In this document: positions 28,116 through 37,647 of the stretch, in pieces
How the letters are laid out: each line of letters begins with the position of its first letter
Numbering within the stretch: position 1 is the stretch's first letter
Notes under the pieces: generated by a model
Told to the model about the DNA's origin: nothing
Databases searched by the model: none
What the model saw: only the letters and a program-made list of their open reading frames with translations
Translations under genes and position numbers: made by a program
NCBI GenBank assembly: GCA_947572415.1
Contig: CANPBT010000004.1
Coordinates: 220 to 64,219, forward strand
Direction: 5' to 3'
Length of the DNA stretch: 64,000 nt
Source of the DNA: an uncultured Clostridia bacterium
Lineage (GTDB): Bacteria > Bacillota > Clostridia > Christensenellales > Borkfalkiaceae

Positions 28116-29525
28116 ATGACGGTTAAACAATTTTTTAAAAGCACCACGTTTAAGTGTCTTGTCACGCTCCTTTCCATTCTGCTTGTCTGCGGGATTTTCC
28201 TTACGATTATGCACGGTCTTTTGGAAGTTACTGCCGAAGAAAAGCTTTCAAGGGCAATAAGTAAAATTTACGGCAAAAACGTAACGACCGAGATATCCGA
28301 GGTCAAAAACAAGGAGCTTGACCTTGCAACAATCGAGGAAGCGTACTGCGTAACATCAGAGGGCGGAAACTTCCTTGTTAAGTCAACCGGTAAAGGCGGC
28401 TTTGCGGGTACGGTTACATGTTGGGTTGTCGTTGAAATCAAAGATAATAAAATTTCAGGCGTTGGTAAAGTTGCAATTGATTCTTACGTCGGCGAAACGC
28501 AGATGGCGGAAATAAAACAGTCTTTCCTCGACAGCTTCGGCGAAAAATATACGGACGGTATCTACTACACCACCGACGACGGTTTTAAAGTATCCAGCTC
28601 GACAAAGTCGTCAAACGCTATCTGTAATGCGGTAAACGGCGCGTTGCAGTACGTTAAGACCGAAAAGCTCGGCATGGAGACAAACGATAAGTTCAAAGAT
28701 TTCTTACACACCGAATTCATCAACAAAAAATCAACCACATTCAAAATGGCAGCAAACGGCGGCGTAACTTACAACATCACGACCGCGGGGTACGGTTTGG
28801 CAAGCTCGTCCACTATCGAAATCACCGTTTCGAAAGACAAAATTATTACCGCATATAAGGTAACGGCGGACGGGTCTACGGACGGTTACTCGCTGAAAGC
28901 CGACATTAAAAACGGCGTACCGTTCATCGGCAAAAATCTTGCGGATATCACCGCTATTCTCGGCGAAGGGCTCGAATACCCCGGCGACGACATGAACACC
29001 GCAGTGAACACGGGCGCGAGCAATACGACTTACGACTGCTATACCGCCGCAGTGTTTGCACTTGCAAACTTCGATATTGCGCTTGCAAACATCGACGTTT
29101 TCGAAAACTTCGAACATCTTAAATTTATAAACAAATCAAAATCCAAATTTACCGTAAACGAGGATTTAAGCGTAACGTACGCGCTTGTTACTGCCGGTTA
29201 CGGTTTGGCAAGCTCGTCCACTATCGAAATCACCGTTTCGAAAGACAAAATTATTACCGCATATAAGGTAACGGCGGACGGGTCTACGGACGGTTACTCG
29301 CTGAAAGCCGACATTAAAAACGGCGTACCGTTCATCGGCAAAAATCTTGCGGATATCACCGCTATTCTCGGCGAAGGGCTCGAATACCCCGGCGACGACA
29401 TGAACACCGCAGTGAACACGGGCGCGAGCAATACGACTTACGATTGCTACACCGCCGCAGTGTTTGCACTTGCAAACTACGACAACTGCGTTCCCGCTGA
29501 AAGCGAAGGAGGCAAAGCACAATGA
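28116..29525 (+). CDS. rnfG: Rnf complex subunit G, expanded (469 aa; three FMN-bind-like domains)
   Basis: N-terminal TM helix, then an RnfG-type FMN-bind domain (GKGGFAGTVTCWVVVEI...VSSSTKSSNAI), then two further FMN-bind-like domains (GYGLASSSTIEITV...NTGASNTT). Lies between rnfD and rnfE. Confidence 0.85.
   Translation: MTVKQFFKSTTFKCLVTLLSILLVCGIFLTIMHGLLEVTAEEKLSRAISKIYGKNVTTEISEVKNKELDLATIEEAYCVTSEGGNFLVKSTGKGGFAGTVTCWVVVEIKDNKISGVGKVAIDSYVGETQMAEIKQSFLDSFGEKYTDGIYYTTDDGFKVSSSTKSSNAICNAVNGALQYVKTEKLGMETNDKFKDFLHTEFINKKSTTFKMAANGGVTYNITTAGYGLASSSTIEITVSKDKIITAYKVTADGSTDGYSLKADIKNGVPFIGKNLADITAILGEGLEYPGDDMNTAVNTGASNTTYDCYTAAVFALANFDIALANIDVFENFEHLKFINKSKSKFTVNEDLSVTYALVTAGYGLASSSTIEITVSKDKIITAYKVTADGSTDGYSLKADIKNGVPFIGKNLADITAILGEGLEYPGDDMNTAVNTGASNTTYDCYTAAVFALANYDNCVPAESEGGKAQ
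28791..29478 (+). repeat. Tandem duplication inside rnfG (408-bp period; 280-bp near-identical cores)
   Basis: 28791-29070 and 29199-29478 differ at only 2 positions, both synonymous (GAC/GAT and TAT/TAC). The ~128 bp upstream of each core is diverged. Confidence 0.9.
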
Positions 29526-30169
29526 ATAAGTTTAAAAAGATTACCCTTGACGGGTTAATTTTCCAGAACCCTACCTTTATTCTGGTTCTCGGTACCTGCC
29601 CCACCCTCGGACTTATTAACTCCGCATTTTCTTCAATGGGTATGGGCCTTACCGTTCTGGTTATCCTTACTTTAAGCAACGTTTTGATTTCACTTTTAAG
29701 AAAGCTTATCCCCAACGAAGTGCGTATCCCTTGCTATATCGTAATTATAGCCACACTGGTTACTTTTGCGAGAATGTTCCTTGATAAGTTTCTGCCGGAT
29801 TTATACGAAAGCCTCGGCGGCTTCCTTGCGCTTATCGTCGTAAACTGTATAATCCTCGGCAGAGCGGAAGCTTTTGCAAATAAGCACACCGTACTCGAAT
29901 CGGCTGTAGACGGAGTTTCACAAGGGCTCGGATTCACGCTTGCGCTTACTATTATGGGCGTTATATGCGAATTCTTCGGTAAAGGCTCGTTATTCGGTTT
30001 TGCGATTATGGACTTCAAAATTGCGATGCTTGCAACGCCCGCCGGCGCGTTCCTCGTATACGGCATATCAATTGCGGTATTTGTATACGTGGTAGACGGC
30101 GTGCAGAGAATGTTGCGCGTTAAGACAAACAAGCTCGCGCGTGAAAATATGTTGAAGGAGGCTGCGTAA
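29522..30169 (+). CDS. rnfE: Rnf complex subunit E
   Basis: 215-aa polytopic protein of the NqrD/RnfE type (LVLGTCPTL, NCIILGRAEAFA). 4-nt overlap with rnfG. Confidence 0.9.
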   Translation: MNKFKKITLDGLIFQNPTFILVLGTCPTLGLINSAFSSMGMGLTVLVILTLSNVLISLLRKLIPNEVRIPCYIVIIATLVTFARMFLDKFLPDLYESLGGFLALIVVNCIILGRAEAFANKHTVLESAVDGVSQGLGFTLALTIMGVICEFFGKGSLFGFAIMDFKIAMLATPAGAFLVYGISIAVFVYVVDGVQRMLRVKTNKLARENMLKEAA

Positions 30170-30172
30170 ATT

Positions 30173-30778
30173 ATGGGTACTTTTATTGCGATAGTGCTTG
30201 CGGCGGTTTTGACAAACAACTTTATCACCGCTAAAACTTACGGTATCTGCCCCTTCCTCGGAGTTTCCAAGAAGACTTCCTCTGCTGCGGGTATGGGAGT
30301 TGCGGTAACGCTTGTAATGGTAATTGCAACCCTTGTTACCTATCCCATTTACACCTACGTTATGATTCCCTTGAAGATAGAATTTTTAGAAATAATTTTC
30401 TTCATCTTCATTATAGCTTCTCTCGTACAGATGCTTGAAAAAATCATACAGAAAATTTCCCCCTCGCTTTACGGGGCTATGGGTATATACCTCCCCCTCA
30501 TAACCACCAACTGCGCGGTGTTGGGCGTAACCGAGCTTGTTATCGGCGACATGTCAGGCATTCTTGCCGAAGGCGCCGCTATGAATATCGGCTGGGCAGT
30601 TCTGTACGCACTGTTTGCAGGCGTCGGCTTCACGCTGGTTATGGTTATAATGAGCGGTATGCGCGAAAAACTTAACTGCTATAAAATGCCCAAGGCAATT
30701 GCCGGCTTCCCCATTGCTATGGTTACGGCTTGCTTTATATGTATGGCGTTTATGGTATTCAGTTATATAAGTTTATAA
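30173..30778 (+). CDS. rnfA: Rnf complex subunit A
   Basis: 201-aa polytopic protein of the NqrE/RnfA type (LPLITTNCAVLG). Confidence 0.9.
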   Translation: MGTFIAIVLAAVLTNNFITAKTYGICPFLGVSKKTSSAAGMGVAVTLVMVIATLVTYPIYTYVMIPLKIEFLEIIFFIFIIASLVQMLEKIIQKISPSLYGAMGIYLPLITTNCAVLGVTELVIGDMSGILAEGAAMNIGWAVLYALFAGVGFTLVMVIMSGMREKLNCYKMPKAIAGFPIAMVTACFICMAFMVFSYISL

Positions 30779-30789
30779 GGAGATAGAAT

Positions 30790-31644
30790 ATGAATTTACT
30801 TGAAATTACAACCCAGACCTGGATAACGGTCGGCATAGTTGCCGGAATATTCGCAGGTACTGCGCTCCTTATAGGAATTTTGATACTTGTTGTCGGTAAG
30901 GTGTTTAAAGTAAACGTAGACGAAAAAATCGAAAGTATTTTGAATAACCTTGCAGGCGCAAACTGCGGCGGTTGCGGTTGCTCGGGTTGCAGCGGCTTTG
31001 CAAACAAGCTTGCAAACGGCGGGGCGGAGCTTTCCGACTGCCACGTAACCTCCCCCGAAAAGAAAGCTGAAATCGCAAAGCTTCTGGGGATAGAGATTAA
31101 AGACGAAGAGCCTACGGTTGCGGTGGTTCACTGCAACGGCGGTATTGAAAACTGTGCCGATAAATTCGAATACAAGGGCAACCCCACGTGCGCGGCTAAC
31201 GCTTCGCTTCTGGGCGGCAACAAGGCGTGTAGCTTCGCCTGCCTCGGCTGCGGCGACTGTAAAGCCGTTTGCCCCGAAAACGCAATTTCGGTCGACGGCA
31301 GACTTGCAAAGGTTGACCCGGACAGATGTATAAGCTGCGGCGCATGTATTTCTACTTGCCCCAAAGGCATTATAGACCGTATCCCCTCTTCCGCCCCCGT
31401 ATATGTTGCCTGCTCCTCAAAATGCAGAGGCAAGGACGTTATGAACGTCTGTAAGGTAGGCTGTATCGCCTGCGGAATATGCGCAAAATCCTGCCCTCAC
31501 GGCGCGATAACAATGCAGGACAATCTGCCCGTTATAGATTATACCAAGTGTACAGGATGCCTTACGTGCGTTGAAAAGTGCCCGAGGCACATAATAATAA
31601 GCCGCAAAGTCGTTGCGGAAGAAACCCCCGTCGAAACGGTGTAA
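30790..31644 (+). CDS. rnfB: Rnf complex subunit B (polyferredoxin)
   Basis: N-terminal TM helix, a CGGCGCSGC cluster, then several C-x2-C-x2-C-x3-CP motifs. Confidence 0.9.
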   Translation: MNLLEITTQTWITVGIVAGIFAGTALLIGILILVVGKVFKVNVDEKIESILNNLAGANCGGCGCSGCSGFANKLANGGAELSDCHVTSPEKKAEIAKLLGIEIKDEEPTVAVVHCNGGIENCADKFEYKGNPTCAANASLLGGNKACSFACLGCGDCKAVCPENAISVDGRLAKVDPDRCISCGACISTCPKGIIDRIPSSAPVYVACSSKCRGKDVMNVCKVGCIACGICAKSCPHGAITMQDNLPVIDYTKCTGCLTCVEKCPRHIIISRKVVAEETPVETV

Positions 31645-31647
31645 AAG

Positions 31648-31688
31648 AAAAAAAATCGTGTCTGCAAAACGCAGACACGATTTTTTTT
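31648..31688. terminator. Bidirectional terminator after rnfB and the NusG-II gene
   Basis: A8 - ATCGTGTCTGC - AAAAC - GCAGACACGAT - T8. Confidence 0.85.
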
Positions 31689-32154
31689 ATATTATAATTG
31701 TTCCGTCGTCGATATCGAAATCGAAAGGAATAATTTTCATTCTGTGCGGCGAGCAGTAAATCATTCCTCCGGAGTTTTTAAGCTCGGGCGTATATACGCA
31801 ATCGTTTTTCCCGCAATTTGCTTCCGTAACTCTTACCGAACCTTTTTTATTAATATGAACCTTATTATAATCACCGTCACCGGTATTTATCCTTAATACT
31901 ACAGCAGTATCGTCCTCGCTGATTATTTGAACATAAGCGCCGTTAAGCGTCCTTTGCCCCTCTTTGAAATCGTAGTCGTAAACAATTTCGTTTCTTACGT
32001 AAATGCGGATACCTTTCAGAGGGCTGTCGTCGCGGGTTACGAAAATCACGACAAACAATACCGCAACCAACGCTAATACGGCGACGTACACTATTATATC
32101 CGGTAATTTAAAGCCTTTGTCGGCTTTAACCTGTTCTACCTTTTTAAGCGACAT
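31687..32154 (-). CDS. NusG domain II-containing membrane-anchored protein
   Basis: 155 aa. TM helix followed by a beta-rich domain with CGKNDCV...YCSPHR cysteines, as in the NusG-II family. Confidence 0.65.
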   Translation of the reverse strand: MSLKKVEQVKADKGFKLPDIIVYVAVLALVAVLFVVIFVTRDDSPLKGIRIYVRNEIVYDYDFKEGQRTLNGAYVQIISEDDTAVVLRINTGDGDYNKVHINKKGSVRVTEANCGKNDCVYTPELKNSGGMIYCSPHRMKIIPFDFDIDDGTIII

Positions 32155-32168
32155 TGCATACCTCGCCG

Positions 32169-33362
32169 TCAGTTATTGTCATAAGTAAATACAACCTTTC
32201 TGTCGGTAAGCTTATTTTCGATAAATTTGAGCGCGTTATTCTTGCCCATTGCCATTAAAGCCGTCGTAAGCGCGTCACCCTCAGCCGCAGTGCCGCCGAT
32301 TACCGTTGCCGACATTATTCCCTTGTTTACGGGTTTGCCCGTCGTAGGGTCGATTACATGGCAATAACGCACGCCGTCAAGAATGTAATATTTTACGTCG
32401 TCGGCGCTGGTGGAAACGCACTCGTTTTTAACCTTGGTTCTGAGAAACTGCTGCCCGAAATAGTCCGAGCGGGGATTTTTGAATTCAAGGTCGTATACGC
32501 CCATTTTAAAATGATTTTTTAAAACTATACTGCTCGAGCCGAAATCGAAATAACCGTACTTAAAACCGCTTTCGTCCATCATTGAATTTATTATATCAAC
32601 CGCATAGCCTTTGCCGATACCGCCGAGGTCAATTTTCATAGAATAAGTAACCCCGTCGATTTCAACGGTTACGGCAGGCTTTTTTACGTAAAATTTGCCC
32701 TCTTCCTCATAAACCTCGATATCGCCGAAATGCGAGGAAAGCTGCCTGAACTTTTCTATCGACGCATCGGACGGAAGGTCTGCGGCGGTTGCGGGTATTT
32801 GCCCGTTCGTGTTGAAGCCGTAAGCCTCCACGCTGTAATATACTGCCGGATTATAATATCCGTCCGTAAACTCGTACATCTGTTCGGCAAGAGTAAACAC
32901 GTCGTAAGCGACTTTGTCAACCTCGATAACTGCTCCTGCCGTAGCGGAATTGAATAAAGTTACCGCAGAACTTTCAACGCCTATAGAAAGCGATTCGTTT
33001 ATTTCTCCCAGCTTATCTTTAACGGAGTTTATAAACGCTTCACATCTTGCCTCCGCGCTTGCCTCGTCTGTAAAATCTTCGGAAACGACTATGGTTGCGT
33101 CGGCAGTCATGATATAGTAAAAGGTTTTACCCATACTTTTATAAGCGGCAGGATTTTCCGCCGCACCGCCGCCGTCGGTAACGGACGTTTCGCCCGCTAC
33201 AGTGCCCGCTACTTTAAAATTATCGAGCGTCAGCTCGTACGAGCCCGCAGGCATATTAGTATAAATTTCGTATTCGGTTTTCTGCCCTTCCGTATCAGTG
33301 CAACCGGAAAGCAACGCTGCGGAAGCAAATATAACGGCGCATGCCGCAAAAAGCTTTTTCAT
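32169..33362 (-). CDS. apbE: FAD:protein FMN transferase (ApbE) lipoprotein
   Basis: Lipobox LLSGC and the ApbE signature DLGGIGKGYAVD. Confidence 0.85.
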   Translation of the reverse strand: MKKLFAACAVIFASAALLSGCTDTEGQKTEYEIYTNMPAGSYELTLDNFKVAGTVAGETSVTDGGGAAENPAAYKSMGKTFYYIMTADATIVVSEDFTDEASAEARCEAFINSVKDKLGEINESLSIGVESSAVTLFNSATAGAVIEVDKVAYDVFTLAEQMYEFTDGYYNPAVYYSVEAYGFNTNGQIPATAADLPSDASIEKFRQLSSHFGDIEVYEEEGKFYVKKPAVTVEIDGVTYSMKIDLGGIGKGYAVDIINSMMDESGFKYGYFDFGSSSIVLKNHFKMGVYDLEFKNPRSDYFGQQFLRTKVKNECVSTSADDVKYYILDGVRYCHVIDPTTGKPVNKGIMSATVIGGTAAEGDALTTALMAMGKNNALKFIENKLTDRKVVFTYDNN

Positions 33363-33424
33363 ATGTTTAATTATATATCAAAACGCAATAAAAATCAATC
33401 ATTTGCAAACCCTCAAAAAGCAAT

Positions 33425-33456
33425 AAAAAAGCGTTCGCTCAAGCGAACGCTTTTTG
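33425..33456 (-). terminator. Intrinsic terminator of the PplA-like gene
   Basis: A6 - AGCGTTCGC TCAA GCGAACGCT - T5. Confidence 0.8.
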
Positions 33457-33470
33457 TTATTTGTTTTAAA

Positions 33471-34655
33471 TTAATACTTTGCGTCGAATGCGTTTTTGAT
33501 AAGCTTCGAATAAGATAAAGTATTTGCTTTTTCGGTGTTCTGGTCAGTCCAGGTAGCGCCCGTAGATACGCCGTTGGTATCAACCCAGTATTTATCGCCT
33601 TCAAGCTCTTTCAATTCGAGTTTCAAAAGCTCGTCTACGCCCTTTTCTTTAACGTATTTAACGATTGCGTCGCGGTTAGCTTTCCAACCGAGCTGACCAG
33701 GTTTAATCTTGTCGCCAGCCCAGTAGCCGTTTTCTTCTTTGGAAAGAGCCGCTTTCGTCATAACGTCGGTCTTTTTGCCTTTGTCGCCTTCGCCTACGAT
33801 AACCGCAACTTTATTAGCCATAACAGCTTTATAGTACGTCTTTACGTTCTGAGCGTCCTGGAAGAACTCAACCATCGTCTTGTCGTTTACCATATAGCCT
33901 TTCGTTAAATCGTAAGTCATGGTTACGCTACCGAAAGTTACGGTTTTGTAGAAAGTTTTTTCCACGTCGTTACCGTGGTCTTTAACCGTTGCCTTTACCT
34001 TGTAAGCCTCGCCGATAGTGGTATCGTCGTTAGGAATAGTGATATAGGTGGGAAGGCAAACTTCGGAAAGCTGAACGTCGGTTATAGCGCCCGCTTTTAC
34101 CGTAACGGAAGCAAAGCCCGCATAGCCTGCGCCGTGAACAAGCCCGAAAGCTTCGCCTGTGTGGATATCGTTAAGCGCGTTCTGGATAGCGAGTACGAAT
34201 CTGCCGCTGGTCTGCGTAGCGCCCGAAAGGATATAAGCGCTGTCAAGCGTCTGCTTGTCGCCTTTAACAACAAGAGGTTCACCGTTAGCCGCAGTTGCAA
34301 CTTTAAGAGCCTTGACTTCCGCAACCGTCTTGCCTACGAAAGTTTCTTTAATATAATTAGGTATGTGCTTGTTTGTTTCATCTGCACCCAACGAGCCTTC
34401 ACTCGCATTCCAACCATTAGATACGTTCGTGTAATATTCTGTATCTGCTTCATAAGTAACGTTGGTAATTTTGTCGCCTTTTACTTCAACTTTAACTTTT
34501 ACGCCATAAGTTTTGCCGGGCGTCCAGGCATTGTCATATTTGTATTCGCCGGTAAAGGTTTCGGTCTTTTCGGCACAGCCCGCCATAGCGGCAACGCCCG
34601 CACAGAGAGTGCCGGCAACAGCGCATACGGCTAATGTTTTAAAAATTTTCTTCAT
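33471..34655 (-). CDS. Extracytoplasmic lipoprotein with two FMN-bind domains (PplA-like)
   Basis: Lipobox AMAGC. Two flavinylation motifs are present: LSGATQTS (aa ~143-150) and STGATWT (aa ~364-370). Each follows a beta-rich G(Y/K)..V.V. segment. Confidence 0.75.
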   Translation of the reverse strand: MKKIFKTLAVCAVAGTLCAGVAAMAGCAEKTETFTGEYKYDNAWTPGKTYGVKVKVEVKGDKITNVTYEADTEYYTNVSNGWNASEGSLGADETNKHIPNYIKETFVGKTVAEVKALKVATAANGEPLVVKGDKQTLDSAYILSGATQTSGRFVLAIQNALNDIHTGEAFGLVHGAGYAGFASVTVKAGAITDVQLSEVCLPTYITIPNDDTTIGEAYKVKATVKDHGNDVEKTFYKTVTFGSVTMTYDLTKGYMVNDKTMVEFFQDAQNVKTYYKAVMANKVAVIVGEGDKGKKTDVMTKAALSKEENGYWAGDKIKPGQLGWKANRDAIVKYVKEKGVDELLKLELKELEGDKYWVDTNGVSTGATWTDQNTEKANTLSYSKLIKNAFDAKY

Positions 34656-34686
34656 GAGAATTTTCTCCTTTTTTTATTCTTAACAT

Positions 34687-34715
34687 ATTCTACCACAATG
34701 GAATATTACTGTCAA
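34687..34715 (-). promoter_or_regulatory. Near-consensus promoter of the PplA-like gene
   Basis: On the minus strand: TTGACA (34715-34710), 17 nt, TAGAAT (34692-34687), preceded by TGG. Confidence 0.65.
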
Positions 34716-34746
34716 ATATTTTATCGGTACTTTTTTACTTATTTTT

Positions 34747-37557
34747 TTATTCTGTACGGAGCGCCACAACGGGGTCTTTTTTAGCCGCCGCCGACGCGGG
34801 AATCAAACCCGAAATCAAGGTCAGCCCTACGCTTATGGCAACCATTATCGCCGCCTGCCATATCGGCAGCGCCGCAATGGTAAACACGCCCGTCAAAGCT
34901 CCGACGATTACGTTTATTATAAGCGACAGCACGTAGGTAATTATTATACCAACCAGCCCCGCGGCAAAGCCTATTATAAATGTTTCCGCATTGAAAAGCC
35001 GTTTTATATCTTTCTTTCTTGCGCCGACAGAGCGGAGTATGCCTATTTCCTTTATTCGTTCGACAACCGATACGTAAGTTATTATGCCCACCATAACGGT
35101 CGAAACAACGAGCGAAAGCGCGGTAAACGCGATAAGCGCAATGGTTATCATCTGAATCATTGTGTTTACCATCATTATTATAAGCCCGACGGTATCGGTA
35201 TACTTTACCATATCGCCCTCTTCAAGCCCCGTAACCTCCGCCGTAGTGCCGTCTGCCCTGGTGAAAGTTATAGTGCCGCTTCCGTCCTCGCAGGCGGCAT
35301 TCCATTTATCGAGGTATTCGGTAACAAGGTCTTTGCTTTCGAAGTTCAAAGGATAAATTTTAAAGCTTGAGGGCAGTTCGTTCGCGGCAACCATACCCGC
35401 CGTGATTTCCAGCGCGTTGCCTCCTCCGCCACCCATTGACATCATACTGCCGGCGTTGAAAATGTAATACGTTGTTCTGGGAACGGTAACAAGCACGCTT
35501 GAATCTTCCGGCGTGGGATATGTATACGAATAATTATAAGGCAGCCATTGAAGCGCACCCTTTTCATTTATATGTTTTGCTATATTGCTGTTTAACGAAG
35601 AATTTATAGTGTGTTGCGTAAGCGCCTTTGTGTGGTACATACCCGAAGAAAGGCAGCCGTAGGAAATGCCCTCCTTCTTTTGCAGAATAACTTTTACCTT
35701 TAAATCAACCCCGTTGCTCTTATCAAAGTTTTCCGAGTTGGGGTTATATTTGAACGGTAACATCGCGCCGAGAATTTCCTGCTTGCCTGCCGCCGTTTCT
35801 ATAGTAAATATATCGGTTGCGGCGGGCTTTGTGAATATCGTATCGTTGGGATACCACTTGAACGTTTTCGCGTTTTCACCGACGAAAAGCGAAAAATCGG
35901 TGCCTTTCAGATTATCGTCCCATTTACCGTTTTCATACTTTCCGTTATACTTATCTATAATACTCTGGTCGTACTCACCGCCCTGTGCCTTGTAAGCAAA
36001 GTTCAAAAATTCGTCCTGAGTCATATAGCCGTACTGCCCGAAGTTCAAATCGGAAAAGGAATTATCGTGGATAACCATAATAAGACTGTCTTTATTTTCG
36101 AAAATGTCCTTTATTTCCGCTTCGGTAAGATTTTCCGTTTTGCCGTTGTAGGAAGCGAGTATATCGTACTGCGAAAGTATATAGTTGTAATTATCGGGGA
36201 TTTCGTCAAAAGAATCCACGGTGGATATCATGGGCGCGTAATCGGCGTAATCGGGCTGCTCGCCGAGCACGGAAGAGTAAATCGCCCTTATACCCGTAAC
36301 CGACACGTTTTCTGTCACTTCTTCGCCAGACGGCACCTTGTGCTTGAAATCCGTATAAATATAATTCGACATATCGAAGCTAAAGCCGTATTGCAACGAA
36401 TTGTAATAGTCCTTCGGCATAGCGTCTACATAGTCCTTATAGTCCTGCGTGATTACGTTGGTTACCGTTGCGCTGTTGAAGTTCATCAACGTTTCCAGAA
36501 GCGAATCTACGTACACCTTGTCTTTTAGCTTATCTATATCAACCTTTGTGCCTGACATATTAGCAAAATCCATAAGGGCGTTGAAGTCAATCGCTGTTTC
36601 CGTAACGGTTAGCGGATAGCCCGAAAGCATATCGTCTTCCATACTCTTTATGTACCCCTGCACGCCCGAGGAAATTGCAAGCACCAGTGAAACGCCTATT
36701 ATGCCTATGCTGCCCGCAAACGCAACCATTGTGGTACGCTTTGCCTTTGACAGCAGGTTTTTCAACGACAGCATAAACGCCATACCGAACGACATCGAGG
36801 ACTTTTTCTTTTTGCCCTTGTTTGTCGTTTGCTCGGGTAACTGCTCGGGCTGCTGCCCGGCAGCAGCCTCTTCGACGCCGTCGAAGGGCTTCGTATCGTC
36901 GACGACAAGCCCGTCCAGAAGCCTTATTATACGCGTAGAATACTGTTCGGCAAGCTCGGGGTTGTGCGTTACCATTATAACGAGGCGGTCTTTCGAAATT
37001 TCTTTCAAAAGCTCCATTATCTGCACGCTGGTTTTTGAATCGAGCGCGCCCGTCGGTTCGTCGGCAAGCACTATTTCGGGGTCGTTGATTAATGCGCGTG
37101 CTATCGCAACCCTCTGCGCCTGCCCGCCCGAAAGCTGGTTGGGGCGGTTATGTATCCTGTCTTTCAGTCCGACCCTGTCAAGCGCTTCTATGGCGCGCCT
37201 TCTACGCTCCTCCTTATCCACGCCCGATATCGTGAGCGCAAGCTCCACGTTCTGCAATATCGTCTGGTGGGGTATCAGATGATAGCTCTGGAAAATAAAG
37301 CCTATGCTGTGGTTGCGATAGGTATCCCAGTCCCTGTCGGTATACTGCTTTGTGCTTACGCCGTTTATTATAAGGTCGCCAGAGGTATATTTGTCGAGCC
37401 CGCCTATAATATTCAGAAGGGTGGTTTTGCCGCAACCCGAAGCGCCCAAAATGGACACGAATTCATTTTTGCGGAAGTTCAAGCTTACGCCCTTTAAGGC
37501 GTGCACCGCTTCACCCGCGACGGGATAATCCTTTTTGATATCCTTTAATTGTAGCAT
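34747..37557 (-). CDS. MacB-type fused ABC ATPase / FtsX-family permease with a very large extracytoplasmic domain
   Basis: N-terminal GASGCGKTT, LSGGQAQR and LADEPTGALD. TM helix 1, then a soluble region of more than 500 aa, then the FtsX C-terminal TM bundle. The likely start is the ATG at 37557 (MLQLKDIKK), which has GGAGAGG upstream. Confidence 0.85.
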   Translation of the reverse strand: MLQLKDIKKDYPVAGEAVHALKGVSLNFRKNEFVSILGASGCGKTTLLNIIGGLDKYTSGDLIINGVSTKQYTDRDWDTYRNHSIGFIFQSYHLIPHQTILQNVELALTISGVDKEERRRRAIEALDRVGLKDRIHNRPNQLSGGQAQRVAIARALINDPEIVLADEPTGALDSKTSVQIMELLKEISKDRLVIMVTHNPELAEQYSTRIIRLLDGLVVDDTKPFDGVEEAAAGQQPEQLPEQTTNKGKKKKSSMSFGMAFMLSLKNLLSKAKRTTMVAFAGSIGIIGVSLVLAISSGVQGYIKSMEDDMLSGYPLTVTETAIDFNALMDFANMSGTKVDIDKLKDKVYVDSLLETLMNFNSATVTNVITQDYKDYVDAMPKDYYNSLQYGFSFDMSNYIYTDFKHKVPSGEEVTENVSVTGIRAIYSSVLGEQPDYADYAPMISTVDSFDEIPDNYNYILSQYDILASYNGKTENLTEAEIKDIFENKDSLIMVIHDNSFSDLNFGQYGYMTQDEFLNFAYKAQGGEYDQSIIDKYNGKYENGKWDDNLKGTDFSLFVGENAKTFKWYPNDTIFTKPAATDIFTIETAAGKQEILGAMLPFKYNPNSENFDKSNGVDLKVKVILQKKEGISYGCLSSGMYHTKALTQHTINSSLNSNIAKHINEKGALQWLPYNYSYTYPTPEDSSVLVTVPRTTYYIFNAGSMMSMGGGGGNALEITAGMVAANELPSSFKIYPLNFESKDLVTEYLDKWNAACEDGSGTITFTRADGTTAEVTGLEEGDMVKYTDTVGLIIMMVNTMIQMITIALIAFTALSLVVSTVMVGIITYVSVVERIKEIGILRSVGARKKDIKRLFNAETFIIGFAAGLVGIIITYVLSLIINVIVGALTGVFTIAALPIWQAAIMVAISVGLTLISGLIPASAAAKKDPVVALRTE

Positions 37558-37647
37558 TTTTTCAAGCCTCTCCATTATTTGTATTAACTGTATTATATTA
37601 ATTCAATGTGTGAAAAAATAAATCACAAAGTGAAAAACTGATAAAAA

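Noticed and set aside
28791-29478. The RnfG internal duplication as a pure assembly artefact, or as a CRISPR-like or other non-coding repeat.
   Set aside because: Both copies are in frame, have diverged flanks and differ by two synonymous substitutions, which argues for two real copies. It is coding, so it is not a CRISPR array. Long-read confirmation is still advisable.
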